Made by a program: the position numbers and the translations under genes
From: a virus
Length of the DNA: 64,000 bases
Direction: 5' to 3' (one strand)
IMG/VR virus record: IMGVR_UViG_3300010885_020282
Span: 10,676-74,675 of that record
Shown here: piece after piece, positions 7,870 to 18,101 of the stretch
How positions within the stretch are numbered: the stretch's first letter is position 1
Layout: every line of letters begins with the position of its first letter
The notes under the pieces: model-generated
The model's database searches: none
What the model was told of the DNA's origin: nothing
What the model saw: only the letters and a program-made list of their open reading frames with translations

Positions 7870-8766
7870 CTACTCATCGAGGCTAGACACAACCGGACCG
7901 GACAATGCAGCCATGTTTTTTCCGGCATTCTGGCGAGTCCAGCTGGGGTTTAGGCCGTTCATTTCCAAAATGTCATCACGGATGTTTTGATTTTTCTTTT
8001 CAATGTTTAGGATACGAGTAAAGCTATTAGTGATAGCGGCAGTATAATACGCAAAAGGGTTCTGCGATTTTGACTCGTCAAATTGCAATCCGATTTGACT
8101 GAGTTGTAGCAAGGCTTGTCCTCGCATTTCTTCGTTGTAGGTGTATCCACGCCAGTTGCTCCTTGTTGCATATCTCTCGCATAATTTCATAAACATCATG
8201 GCCAGCTTGCGAGTCATCTGTCCATGGTCACGACTGTATTCTCCAGTTTCTAAATCACCTTTCCAGTGGCTTTTGCCCACAAGGTACGGTACCTTGTGAT
8301 CTGTAACACGATAGTGCCAAAACGGAGGAAAGTTTACTCGAACATGTACTGGATCTAAAATAGGTTCATCTATGAGATCTGCTAATGGATCCTCTTCTAT
8401 GGGCTCGTCAAACACAAGAATTTCTTGAAGCTTTTTCTTTTTTACAGCAGTTTTGGGTACTTTTTTTGGCGCCATGGGGATGTGTTCCCATGTCATGACT
8501 CTAAAAACTATATCAGTATTGGGAATATTTTTTTCATTGACTTCGACTCCTGACTCTTTAGTAAGTCTTGCCGCACGATTTCGGCGTGCTTCGGCCACGG
8601 TCTTTTGATTTATTTTGCTAACGCTGGGTAAAATAATATCATACTGATGATCTGTTACAGGATCTAGGTAGCTACAATATGCATTTTTACTAAGGTGAAT
8701 CTCTTTTAAGATATCTCGATTGTTGAGATAGTTGACTTTTGCTGGGGGTTTTGGTAGTAATGACAT
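7870..8766 (-). CDS. gp55: late-transcription sigma factor (T4 gp55-like) with large internal insertion
   Basis: NYLNNRDIL N-terminal motif and LCERYATRSNWRGYTYNEEM...FDESKSQNPFAYYT...F.R.L..EKK gp55 core; synteny gp55-gp47-gp46. Confidence 0.85.
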   Translation of the reverse strand: MSLLPKPPAKVNYLNNRDILKEIHLSKNAYCSYLDPVTDHQYDIILPSVSKINQKTVAEARRNRAARLTKESGVEVNEKNIPNTDIVFRVMTWEHIPMAPKKVPKTAVKKKKLQEILVFDEPIEEDPLADLIDEPILDPVHVRVNFPPFWHYRVTDHKVPYLVGKSHWKGDLETGEYSRDHGQMTRKLAMMFMKLCERYATRSNWRGYTYNEEMRGQALLQLSQIGLQFDESKSQNPFAYYTAAITNSFTRILNIEKKNQNIRDDILEMNGLNPSWTRQNAGKNMAALSGPVVSSLDE

Positions 8767-8789
8767 TTGATGCCGTGTCTCCTAAGTTG

Positions 8790-8822
8790 TACTTATTGTA
8801 GCATAATCGCAACAGTTGTCAA
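8790..8822 (-). promoter_or_regulatory. sigma70-type promoter (plus overlapping late-type TAAGTA) for the gp55-like gene
   Basis: Minus strand reads TTGACA (8822-8817), 16-bp spacer, extended -10 TGcTACAAT (-10 at 8800-8795), TAAGTA (8795-8790), then AGGAG (8783-8779) before ATG 8766. Confidence 0.7.
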
Positions 8823-8856
8823 CCTTTTTCTTAATATATGCCGTTTATTTTCTAGG

Positions 8857-8862
8857 TAAATA
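8857..8862 (+). promoter_or_regulatory. T4-like late promoter core TAAATA
   Basis: ggTAAATAtt 20 bp upstream of ATG 8882 at the head of the structural operon; gp55-like sigma encoded adjacent. Confidence 0.6.
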
Positions 8863-8881
8863 TTACAAAGGTACACAACAC

Positions 8882-11800
8882 ATGGGTGACGATTTTTTCA
8901 GTAGCTTTAGCTATAGCTATGGCACATACAATTCCAGCACTGGCTTTAACTCAATAGGCGGTTCAGGTTATGCTGGACAAAATGTCACATTTCAAGGCAC
9001 CACTGCGTCGGGATTTGATGGATTTACGTCAAATCCATTTATTACCAGCTCAACAACATCGGGATTTACCCAAGATCAATCCATTGTGGGCACAGCAAAT
9101 TACCAAATTGGAGTTGACTATACCAACAATGCTGTCAGCGGATTTGCCAACCCCAATACTGGAGGTGCCCAGTCACTGACCTTGGATAACACGTATTATA
9201 ACATTCAGGCTGGATCTGACGCATACCTAACAACGCAGTTCAACACCCTGGGCTCTATTGCTGAAATTCAAACATTGACTGCCACAGTGATTGCCAACAC
9301 ACAAGGTGTCGATGACACATATATTATTTCAGACATAGTTGACGACACCATATTGACTAGAGCTGATGATGGAGTTTCGCTTGCTGTGCCGCTATCGGTT
9401 AATCAATTTAACGTACAAATCAAAACAGCAGAATCAACCACGGTTGCTGACAGCACTAGTTCGGGGTTGTCAACAACCACACAACAACAACTGGATCTAG
9501 CACTGGAGACTGAATTTTCATTCCTTGTAGGTTCTTTTCCTAACTTGGCCACTGCCGCTGGACGTATCCTAGCAATTCAAAATGCAAACCAGGCAGGTAA
9601 TCTACTAGAAGCTGATGGAAACGGATTTACACTAACCACTCAAGAGCGTAGAGAATTAGAAAAGGTTGTTGATTTTGGACTGAATGTTGCAATTACCACA
9701 AGAGATACCCTGAATCAAGCACAGGATGTAATTGATAGTGTGAGAAATATATCAATTAGTGATTCAGGCTTGTTGACATTTACAGAAGCCAAGAAAGCAT
9801 TGATCAACGATTTTTATGATGGACTTACTGTAGAACAAAAATCCATAATAAACAACTCTGGAATAGGAACGACATTTAATAATCTCATAGGTGATGTTAA
9901 CAATTCTGGACAATCAATTATAGGAATATCAAACCTAGGTCTAGTACCTTACACTGTGGCCAACGACACATTGGGATTAGACACCACGCAACGTATCACT
10001 GATGCCCTGGTTGCACAATACATCAGTCAAAATGGCAGCATAACCGAAGAACAAATTCAAGCCATTGAAACTTTGGTACTGACACAAAACGCAATCAACA
10101 CACAAGATCTTGTGGCGGGCAACATTGGTGTAGCAGAGACAGAAATAAACATTAACTTAATCAGGAAGGTCAGCACTGATGCAGTAACAGATACGACCTT
10201 GCCCGATGCAAATCAGGGCGACATTGCGATTCAAACTGTGGAAGTTACAGCTAACACCAGCGTTTCAAAAGCCATTAGAGCGTCACTGGGACTAGACTAT
10301 CAGGGACCCATTGTTGAAAAGTTAATTGACAAAGCTATCAATCTAGCATTGAATCAAATACCCGGATATAGCGAGATTAACAGTGTAATTGGTACAGCAA
10401 ACAAAATTGTAAAAATTGGCGATATTGCAACCAATGTTGACTTGTCGCCAGCAGAGACCGCACTAGCCCTGGCAAAACTTTTTGTACCACAAATAAATTT
10501 AGTTGTTACTGGCTATAATCTTGTTACTGGCGGAGGAGCTGGTGGTGGTGGTGGAGTTGAAGCTCTTGAACCTATCCCAGTAAGCATCACAGACCCACAA
10601 GCCGGTGGCGGTGGTGAAGAAGAAATACCACCAGGTGACATTGATTATGGGCCAGTGGCAGTCAGTACTGAAGCTGATCCACTGGCTGCTACTACCACTG
10701 CAACAACTGCAGAAACTGATACAGCGGCTTTCCAGGATGCTAATTTAACATCAATAAAATCTATAGGTACTTTTGTTGCTGTGTACAATGTGGAAACTGG
10801 CACATACGATGTTTATGATCTTAGCACCAATGAAGTAGTTGCATCGGGATTTACGCAAGCGCAAGCAACTGAATACGCTGACGCATTAAACGTTGGCGAT
10901 GAGTATGAGGCATTACTGGTACAAACTAGAGCAGATGCAGAAGCAAGACTCAACGAAACTCCAGCCGATGTAACTTCGGCACAAGATCCTAGCTTGTACC
11001 CACATGGTTTGCCTTATGACGATGACGGCAACTTGATGCCTGGTTGGGCGCTAGACGAAAACAACAATCCGGTGTGGGTTGGTGGTGATTACGTTGAGCC
11101 CGCAACAGCACAATCAGCAGCCAATAGTTTCTCATTAGCGTCTCAAATACAAACTCTAAAGAATAATGCTAATGCACAAGCTACTCGAGAAGTTCAACGA
11201 GGGCAGGCAGCGCAAGGCGACTGGCGAGTAAAACTGCGTCTAGCTGAAGGTGCAGATTATTTGTACCGCGACCCAAAAATTAACGAAACTGGTCTATTGT
11301 GGCCATTGTATATTACTAATGGTGTGGTATTTCCGTACACGCCTACCATCAACACAGTTTATGCTGCCAACTACAGCAGTTATGATTTAACACATTCAAA
11401 TTATCGAGGATATTTTTATCAAAACAGTTACGTTGATGAAATTAACATTACTGCTACGTTCACTGCGCAAGACACTAGCGAAGCCAATTATTTGTTGGCA
11501 GTAATACACTTTTTCCGATCAGCTACAAAAATGTTTTATGGGCAAGACGCCAATCGAGGACAGCCACCGCCCTTGGTGTTTTTGCAAGGACTTGGAGAAT
11601 TCCAATTCAATTTGCACCCATGCGTGATACGTAGTTTTAACTACAATTTGCCAGGTGATGTTGATTATATTCGAGCCAGAGTGGCCAATGTTAATGGAAC
11701 TAATTTGCTATCTCGTCGAGATCGTGCTTCAACCCCGTCTGGAACTAGTTGGCTCAGCAATATTCGTCTTGGTGCGGCCGGGCTCAATCTTGGCGGCTTA

Positions 11801-11971
11801 ACGCCACCGCCAGCGCCACCTACTCTAGGAACTACTAGCCCCACGTATGTTCCAACTAAATTAGATGCAACCATAACATTATTGCCGATTCAAACTCGCA
11901 ATCAGGTCAGCAAACAATTCAGTCTTAAACAATACGCAAATGGTGACTTACTCAAAGGAGGATTCTGGTAA
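8882..11971 (+). CDS. baseplate/tail-tube-initiator-like protein (C-terminal domain) with ~780-aa low-complexity N-terminal extension
   Basis: ATG 8882 preferred over TTG 8816 (which lies upstream of the late promoter); C-terminal DWRVKL...VFPYTP...THSNY...F(T)AQ...HFFRS.TKM...PPP...P.VI.SF...P..VDYI resembles tube-fold baseplate proteins; followed by gp53-like gene. Confidence 0.6.
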   Translation: MGDDFFSSFSYSYGTYNSSTGFNSIGGSGYAGQNVTFQGTTASGFDGFTSNPFITSSTTSGFTQDQSIVGTANYQIGVDYTNNAVSGFANPNTGGAQSLTLDNTYYNIQAGSDAYLTTQFNTLGSIAEIQTLTATVIANTQGVDDTYIISDIVDDTILTRADDGVSLAVPLSVNQFNVQIKTAESTTVADSTSSGLSTTTQQQLDLALETEFSFLVGSFPNLATAAGRILAIQNANQAGNLLEADGNGFTLTTQERRELEKVVDFGLNVAITTRDTLNQAQDVIDSVRNISISDSGLLTFTEAKKALINDFYDGLTVEQKSIINNSGIGTTFNNLIGDVNNSGQSIIGISNLGLVPYTVANDTLGLDTTQRITDALVAQYISQNGSITEEQIQAIETLVLTQNAINTQDLVAGNIGVAETEININLIRKVSTDAVTDTTLPDANQGDIAIQTVEVTANTSVSKAIRASLGLDYQGPIVEKLIDKAINLALNQIPGYSEINSVIGTANKIVKIGDIATNVDLSPAETALALAKLFVPQINLVVTGYNLVTGGGAGGGGGVEALEPIPVSITDPQAGGGGEEEIPPGDIDYGPVAVSTEADPLAATTTATTAETDTAAFQDANLTSIKSIGTFVAVYNVETGTYDVYDLSTNEVVASGFTQAQATEYADALNVGDEYEALLVQTRADAEARLNETPADVTSAQDPSLYPHGLPYDDDGNLMPGWALDENNNPVWVGGDYVEPATAQSAANSFSLASQIQTLKNNANAQATREVQRGQAAQGDWRVKLRLAEGADYLYRDPKINETGLLWPLYITNGVVFPYTPTINTVYAANYSSYDLTHSNYRGYFYQNSYVDEINITATFTAQDTSEANYLLAVIHFFRSATKMFYGQDANRGQPPPLVFLQGLGEFQFNLHPCVIRSFNYNLPGDVDYIRARVANVNGTNLLSRRDRASTPSGTSWLSNIRLGAAGLNLGGLTPPPAPPTLGTTSPTYVPTKLDATITLLPIQTRNQVSKQFSLKQYANGDLLKGGFW

Positions 11972-12270
11972 TGTCTAATTATACTAGCACCAGTCCTTAT
12001 TTTACTACTCAATACACTCAATTTTATCTTGACGTAATGACCAACCGGCCAATCCCAAGAGAGAGTGATGATGTATATTTTAAATTAAATCAAACATATC
12101 AGTATAGACCTGACTTGTTGGCCTTTGACCTTTACCAGCAACCCGGACTTTGGTGGGTATTTTATCAACGCAACCCTAACACATTAACAGCACCGCCCTG
12201 GGATTTTGAAGCTGGGGTTCAGATTTATTTGCCTAAAATCAGTACGTTGCGCACCGCCCTAGGGTTTTAA
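11971..12270 (+). CDS. gp53: baseplate wedge protein, LysM-like (T4 gp53 / tail protein X-like)
   Basis: 99 aa; YQYRPDLLAFDLY...LWWVF..RN...G.QIYLP signature. Confidence 0.75.
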   Translation: MSNYTSTSPYFTTQYTQFYLDVMTNRPIPRESDDVYFKLNQTYQYRPDLLAFDLYQQPGLWWVFYQRNPNTLTAPPWDFEAGVQIYLPKISTLRTALGF

Positions 12271-12273
12271 TAG

Positions 12274-15200
12274 ATGGCAACCATTCAAAGTCTAGAAGCA
12301 GAACGCCAACTGTTGTTGAGTCGCCGAGAAGTCCTGGCAGCGCGATACCAATCTGGCGACGAATCAGTATTACCGGCTATTCAACAAATTAACGAGCAGT
12401 TGAGAGCAGTTGTACTCGCAATAGAAGAACTGCAAAGCGCAGGGCCTGTGGTCAGCACTGGACAAACTGTTGCACTGGCACAGGCAGCTCGAGATGATGG
12501 TGCCAATACACAAAACCCACAACCCACTCCCGAAAATGCAACCGGCAATGCTACTACAACGCCAACGAATGCTCAAAAATTTGAACCAAATTTAACTGTT
12601 GGCACAGACGGCCGCATACGCACCGGTAGTCAAACACAAGCTGTGCCCTCACCAACTGCAGCCAGTCCAATTCCGGCATTAGAAAACAGAAATGGACAGT
12701 TTAGTAATGAGATGGAATCTCAAAACGAAGTATTCACTGCTCCAAACACAATTGGGGTTGCAACTGCCAGTGACGACGGAACCACAGAAGGTATTATAAA
12801 TGCTGGCGCAATTCCTGGAGCCACTACAAATGCTACTCCCGGCGGCAGTAACTCTATTGTTACTCTTGCTAACAATACTGCCCGCCCGATTATACCACAG
12901 CCCAATGTATTGGACAGTTTAGCAAATTACACTTATACTGTTAGTATCTATCTCATGAGCCCCGAAGACTATCAACGTTTAATGACTTCAGGGAAAAAAT
13001 TTATACCTGGCTATCAACTGTTGATGCAAAGTGCAGGTGCTCCACAACAATCAGGAATACAAGCTCAAAGTTTTGGTGATGAAGAGCCTGGCGGAGTTAG
13101 TATAACACAAGGAAGAAATCAATTCTTTCCTTTAGACTATTACCTCGACGACCTAGAAGTCAAGAGTATAATTGCAGGCAAAGGCACAGGTGGTGCACAC
13201 AATGTAGCTGAGTTAAAGTTCAGAATAATTGAACCAAACGGCATAACCCTATTGAACAATCTGTATAAAGCAACTGATCAATACATCAATCGTGGCGGAG
13301 GTGCCAGTAAAACTACAGCCAATGGCAACTATTCTGCACAAAACTATCTTATGGTAATACGTTTTTATGGGTATGACTCACAGGGCAATGCTGTAATTAC
13401 CCCATCAACTGCTGACCCTGACGGTCGCAGTGATAGCCGCGCCATAATAGAAAAGTTTATACCATTTCAATTCACAGCAATTAAATTCCGCATAGCCAAC
13501 AAACTTACGGAGTATCAATGTGAAGCAGTGTGTCCCCAAAACGTAATTGGCACTGGCCAAGGCCGCGGCGTAATTCCTTACAACATTGAAATTACTGGAA
13601 CAACGTTGCAAAACTTGTTTAATGGAAACATTGTTTTCAGCAAGCCTGGTGCAAGCACAGCACCGGACAAGGCCACGGCAGCACCTAATCCAACACTCAA
13701 TAGCGGATTAACACAGGCGCTTAATTTGTTTCAAGCAGAACAAGTTACCAGCGGCACATACGACATTGCAGATCGATACAAAGTGGTTATCAGCCATCCT
13801 GAAATTGCCAACGCCAGTATTGTGCCACCTGGTGCAACCAACAGGTTAAACACCCCTTTGGTTAATGCCACAACCGCGGCACAAGCCAAGGATGGCAATA
13901 AACAAAGTGTACAAAATAATGCCAAAACATTCAGTGCCACTGCTGGCATGAGCATAGTGCAATTTTTAGAAATGGCTGTGCGTAGTAGTGATTATATTTT
14001 TAAGCAACAGACAAAAATAAAAACAACAGACCAATTTGGTAAAGAAGTAGATATTCCAACTGGTACTGCTGGGCAAGCATTTGCCTGGTATCGAATTGGA
14101 GTTGAATCAAAACCCATTGGCACAAAACAAGACCCCAAGCGAAATGATTTTGCTTATGAAATTACATATGAAATTGCACCTTACGGAATCAACGATATCA
14201 AGAGTGAGTATTTCCCCAAAGGCAAATTTCGCGGTGCTCAAAAAAAATACAACTACTGGTTTACAGGCGAAAACACTTCGGTGATAAACTTTGAGCAAGA
14301 CTTTAACTATTTGTATTACGTCACTGTCAACAGTAGACAAAATCCCAAGTCCACAAGTGACTATCGGCAGACGGAATACTATCATGAACAAGAGAAACGA
14401 GTGTTTTCACCAAGTAGTGGAGCCAGTGCTCAAGGCACAGACGGCCCTGAAATTGAACCCAGCGCCAACGCCGCTGACTATCTGTACAGCCCTGGTGATC
14501 AAGGCAGAATAAAACTTACCATTGTGGGCGACCCTTCTTGGATACAACAAGGAGAAATATGGAAAGGTGTGCGCAGTACCAAGGCCACAGACTCAAATCA
14601 AACTGATGTTTATTTTGATGCGTTTTTAAAAGACGGTACCATAAACTTTGATGCACGGGAAGCCTTGTTTGAACTCACATTCAACAAACCAGCTGATTAC
14701 AATTTACAAACTGGAGTGATGCAAGTTACTGGTGCAAATGTTACCACACAAACATACATTTACAAAGCTACTACTGTGATGAGCAATTTTAGGCAAGGCA
14801 AATTTACTCAAGATCTTGAAGGTGTGTTATTGATATTTCCAGATGCATCGGCAGCCAAAGCAGCCGCAGCCACTTCAGGAAGCGCATCAACTACTGCTAC
14901 TGAAACCAATCAGTCAGCGGCCGAGACTGCACGCCTGGAAAGATTAAATGCAGCCGCGGCACAAAGCGGATTAAAAACTGGAACTCCGGTTGCTACTACA
15001 TCTGTAACAGGTACCCAACCAACCAGTTCGTTGGCTAAAGGTACCAATCAACTATTAAATCCTGTAACACCCCCAACAGTGACAGATTCCCAATTGATAG
15101 GAACACCAGCATACAATCAAGCCAGACGAAACGGCAGTACTCCACAAGAGGCATTGGCCATTGCAAGATCAGCATCAGCATCGGGTACCAACAATTATGC

Positions 15201-15276
15201 AGGCACAGCATTACCTGGCATTAGAACCAATGCCAACACAGGTATAGTAAAAGACGACAGCGGCGTAGGCCAATAA
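12274..15276 (+). CDS. putative baseplate hub protein
   Basis: 1000 aa between gp53-like and gp5-like genes; N.L...ANYTY...L, F.IIEPNG..L, YNY.FTG.N..V..F, L.IVGDP.W, F.QGKFTQ.L motifs; T/A-rich termini. Confidence 0.55.
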   Translation: MATIQSLEAERQLLLSRREVLAARYQSGDESVLPAIQQINEQLRAVVLAIEELQSAGPVVSTGQTVALAQAARDDGANTQNPQPTPENATGNATTTPTNAQKFEPNLTVGTDGRIRTGSQTQAVPSPTAASPIPALENRNGQFSNEMESQNEVFTAPNTIGVATASDDGTTEGIINAGAIPGATTNATPGGSNSIVTLANNTARPIIPQPNVLDSLANYTYTVSIYLMSPEDYQRLMTSGKKFIPGYQLLMQSAGAPQQSGIQAQSFGDEEPGGVSITQGRNQFFPLDYYLDDLEVKSIIAGKGTGGAHNVAELKFRIIEPNGITLLNNLYKATDQYINRGGGASKTTANGNYSAQNYLMVIRFYGYDSQGNAVITPSTADPDGRSDSRAIIEKFIPFQFTAIKFRIANKLTEYQCEAVCPQNVIGTGQGRGVIPYNIEITGTTLQNLFNGNIVFSKPGASTAPDKATAAPNPTLNSGLTQALNLFQAEQVTSGTYDIADRYKVVISHPEIANASIVPPGATNRLNTPLVNATTAAQAKDGNKQSVQNNAKTFSATAGMSIVQFLEMAVRSSDYIFKQQTKIKTTDQFGKEVDIPTGTAGQAFAWYRIGVESKPIGTKQDPKRNDFAYEITYEIAPYGINDIKSEYFPKGKFRGAQKKYNYWFTGENTSVINFEQDFNYLYYVTVNSRQNPKSTSDYRQTEYYHEQEKRVFSPSSGASAQGTDGPEIEPSANAADYLYSPGDQGRIKLTIVGDPSWIQQGEIWKGVRSTKATDSNQTDVYFDAFLKDGTINFDAREALFELTFNKPADYNLQTGVMQVTGANVTTQTYIYKATTVMSNFRQGKFTQDLEGVLLIFPDASAAKAAAATSGSASTTATETNQSAAETARLERLNAAAAQSGLKTGTPVATTSVTGTQPTSSLAKGTNQLLNPVTPPTVTDSQLIGTPAYNQARRNGSTPQEALAIARSASASGTNNYAGTALPGIRTNANTGIVKDDSGVGQ

Positions 15277-15294
15277 ACAAAAGAGAGATGATAG

Positions 15295-18093
15295 ATGGAT
15301 AATATTCAACGCAGTAAAGGTCGTAGCACAAATTACAAATTTGATCGTGGCGGCATGCCTACGGAATTTGGCCCGTTTATTGGAGTTGTTAAAAATAATA
15401 TTGATGCGGCACGTAGCGGTAGGCTACAAGTTTACATTGAACAATTTGCAGGCAAAAACCCGAACGATAAAAATTTATGGCGTACGGTGATGTACGTTCC
15501 ACCATTCTACGGGGTTACTCCTAGAAACAACGCCACCACTAGTGCAGGAGCCGGCAATTATAAAGGCAATCAGCAAAGTTATGGCATGTGGTTTACCCCT
15601 CCTGACATTGGAGTCAAAGTCATTTGCTTTTTTGTAGAAGGTGATCCCAATCAAGGCTATTACATTGGATGTGTCCCCGAGCCCGGTGTGTCACACATGA
15701 TCCCTGCTGTGGGTGCCACAAGCAAATACGTGGCCAAGAACGCACAACAAACTGCTGAAATTGCTGCCTCCGGCGGCACACAGATGCCTGTTGTAGAAAT
15801 CAATAACGAAAATCCTGCCACTTACGAAAACCCTAGATTTGTTTCGCAACCAAAACCCATACACGATTATGTGTATGCCATCATGTATAACCAAGGTTTG
15901 TTGGGCGATAACATACGTGGCCCTATATCATCTAGCTCACAACGTGAAAGTCCTAGTTCAGTATTTGGTATGAGCACACCCGGCCGCCCAATTTATCAAG
16001 GCGGGTTAACCGAAAAAGACATCAAAGAAAAACTAGATGCAGGCACAGTTAAGTTATCCGACATCAAAGTAGAAGGACGTCGCGGTGGTCATAGTATTGT
16101 CATGGATGACGGAGACTTGAGAGGCCGAGACGATCTTATACGTATTCGAACAGCCAAAGGACACCAAATTACCATGAGTGATGAGGCTGACTGTTTTTAC
16201 TTTGTTACAGCCAATGGTCAAACCTGGATTGAACTAGGCAGTGAAGGCACGGTGGATGTTTTTAGTACCAACAGCGTGAATGTGCGAAGTTTGGGAGAGA
16301 TCAATCTTCAAGCGGATAAAAATATCAATATCAATGCCGGTGAAAATCTAAATATACGAGCCAAAAATATACAAATTGAAAGTCAGGAAACTACAAAAAT
16401 CAGTAGTTCCAAAGATTTTACTTTGTATAGCAAAACCAAATTGGGGTTGTTAAGTGATGGCACACTTGCTTTACAAAGCAATAGTGGAGGATGGAAAACA
16501 TCAGGTGGGCTCGGCTTCAAGGCCAGCCGAATTGATCTTAACGGTGGTCCAGCACCAGACTCAGTTGATGCGCCCAAGCCTATACAGGCCTACAAACTGG
16601 ATGATACCAAGTTGGTAGCTGGTAAAGGTTGGCAAGTTGAATCAGGCACATTGGATACAATCGTGCCTCGAGCACCTACACATGAACCATATCCTTATCA
16701 CAACAAAGGAGTTGCAATACAAGTCGACGTGTCTGCACAATCATCAACAGCGCCAACACCAGCAGTACAAAGTACATTGACTTCAGTTGCTGCCTTGCCA
16801 GTAACAACACCTTCTGCAGCCACTGGATTGGTCAACACAGCCACAGCGTCTGTCACAAACGTACAAGCCGCATTAACAACTGCTACTGGTAGCCCACCCG
16901 GGGTCGCTGCCGGCATCAATGCCGCGGCAGTACTAGCAACACCAATTGCAGATGTCAAAATTGGCAGCCTAAGCACAGCTCAGGTCACTGGGTTGTTGGC
17001 ACAAACAAAATCGGCCGTGGGGCAAGCATCGGGCGTTATATCAGTTGACAAAGGTATTGGACAATTTGGCCTCAGTGCTGACAAATTGGAAGCTGCTGGA
17101 TTGTTAAAACAAGGCACAGTATCTGCAATGAAGGCGGGTCCTGCACCAATACCAACAGCCGCTGACATAGCGTTGGCACAAAAAATTGTGTCACAAGGTG
17201 GCTCTATGACACCACAACAGGTAGCAATGGGCAACAAGATTAATGCAATGCTTGCATCGCCCACAGTATGGACCGGACAAAGTGGGTGTTATGGCCTAAC
17301 ATCATTGTTGGGCAATGACAAATTACAAAGCAATGTACAACAAAACTTGATGGTGTCCAGCCTGGCAGGCCTAAAATCATCTGGTATAGCAACAGGAACA
17401 GAATCGCCACAACAATTTAGCGGGTTGTTGCAGGCTGCAACAAACATAGGTGTTGGCCCATTGGCTACTGTTGTTAAAGGTATAGCATCAGCTGACGTTA
17501 AATCAGCTGTATCGGCTACAATAAAAGGCGCTCAGTTTGCTACAAAATTTGTTGATGATAAAATTGGACAGTTTGCTGGGTTTGCTAAAACAGCAACATC
17601 TGCCACAAACACAGTGGATCGAACCGTGCTAGATCAACAAGTTAAAAATTCTCTTGGTGATACCAAAATACCTGTACCAGAATTTAAACCAGTAGTGCGA
17701 GTATCTGACAGTCCGTCTTCACTAGATGCCCCAAGACAACAACTTTCCACAGCATTTGACAAAGCCAATGTATGGCTTGCTGAAATTCAAACAGCAGAAG
17801 AAGCCATCTATCGACAGTATGTTATACTAGACAATAAAGCAGTGGTAACTCAAGCAGAAATTGATGCTATAGCATCACAAGCATCATCTGCATTGACCAA
17901 GTATGATAGAGAAAAATCAACTTATGTTGCTCCGTTAACTACTCTAGCGACCACTGTTCCGGCTGATTTAACCGAAGAAGCACAGACTTATGTTGACACA
18001 CTAAATCGTTATATTCGATTGGTATTGGGCATAGCAGAAGCTATTAAATTGCTCAAAGCTTCACTGGAACTACGTGCTAAGAATTCCGTATAA
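15295..18093 (+). CDS. baseplate central spike (T4 gp5 / VgrG-like) with long C-terminal extension
   Basis: OB-fold pattern G.V.NN.D..RSGRLQVYI...SYGMW..PPDIG..V...F..GD...GYY.GC; GHSIVMDD / GHQI.MSD and beta-helix repeats; PTHEPYP.H; then ~460 extra aa. Confidence 0.8.
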   Translation: MDNIQRSKGRSTNYKFDRGGMPTEFGPFIGVVKNNIDAARSGRLQVYIEQFAGKNPNDKNLWRTVMYVPPFYGVTPRNNATTSAGAGNYKGNQQSYGMWFTPPDIGVKVICFFVEGDPNQGYYIGCVPEPGVSHMIPAVGATSKYVAKNAQQTAEIAASGGTQMPVVEINNENPATYENPRFVSQPKPIHDYVYAIMYNQGLLGDNIRGPISSSSQRESPSSVFGMSTPGRPIYQGGLTEKDIKEKLDAGTVKLSDIKVEGRRGGHSIVMDDGDLRGRDDLIRIRTAKGHQITMSDEADCFYFVTANGQTWIELGSEGTVDVFSTNSVNVRSLGEINLQADKNININAGENLNIRAKNIQIESQETTKISSSKDFTLYSKTKLGLLSDGTLALQSNSGGWKTSGGLGFKASRIDLNGGPAPDSVDAPKPIQAYKLDDTKLVAGKGWQVESGTLDTIVPRAPTHEPYPYHNKGVAIQVDVSAQSSTAPTPAVQSTLTSVAALPVTTPSAATGLVNTATASVTNVQAALTTATGSPPGVAAGINAAAVLATPIADVKIGSLSTAQVTGLLAQTKSAVGQASGVISVDKGIGQFGLSADKLEAAGLLKQGTVSAMKAGPAPIPTAADIALAQKIVSQGGSMTPQQVAMGNKINAMLASPTVWTGQSGCYGLTSLLGNDKLQSNVQQNLMVSSLAGLKSSGIATGTESPQQFSGLLQAATNIGVGPLATVVKGIASADVKSAVSATIKGAQFATKFVDDKIGQFAGFAKTATSATNTVDRTVLDQQVKNSLGDTKIPVPEFKPVVRVSDSPSSLDAPRQQLSTAFDKANVWLAEIQTAEEAIYRQYVILDNKAVVTQAEIDAIASQASSALTKYDREKSTYVAPLTTLATTVPADLTEEAQTYVDTLNRYIRLVLGIAEAIKLLKASLELRAKNSV

Positions 18094-18096
18094 ATA
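18089..18096 (+). promoter_or_regulatory. T4 consensus late promoter TATAAATA
   Basis: Exact TATAAATA overlapping the upstream stop codon, 5 bp before ATG 18102. Confidence 0.75.
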
Positions 18097-18101
18097 TTAT
18101 C

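Noticed and set aside
8816-8881. Longer N-terminus for the 1051-aa ORF
   Set aside because: TTG start lies upstream of the late promoter and overlaps the divergent promoter; ATG 8882 is more plausible
10529-10555. GGT/GGA microsatellite-like run
   Set aside because: Encodes an in-frame poly-Gly linker; no sign of phase variation
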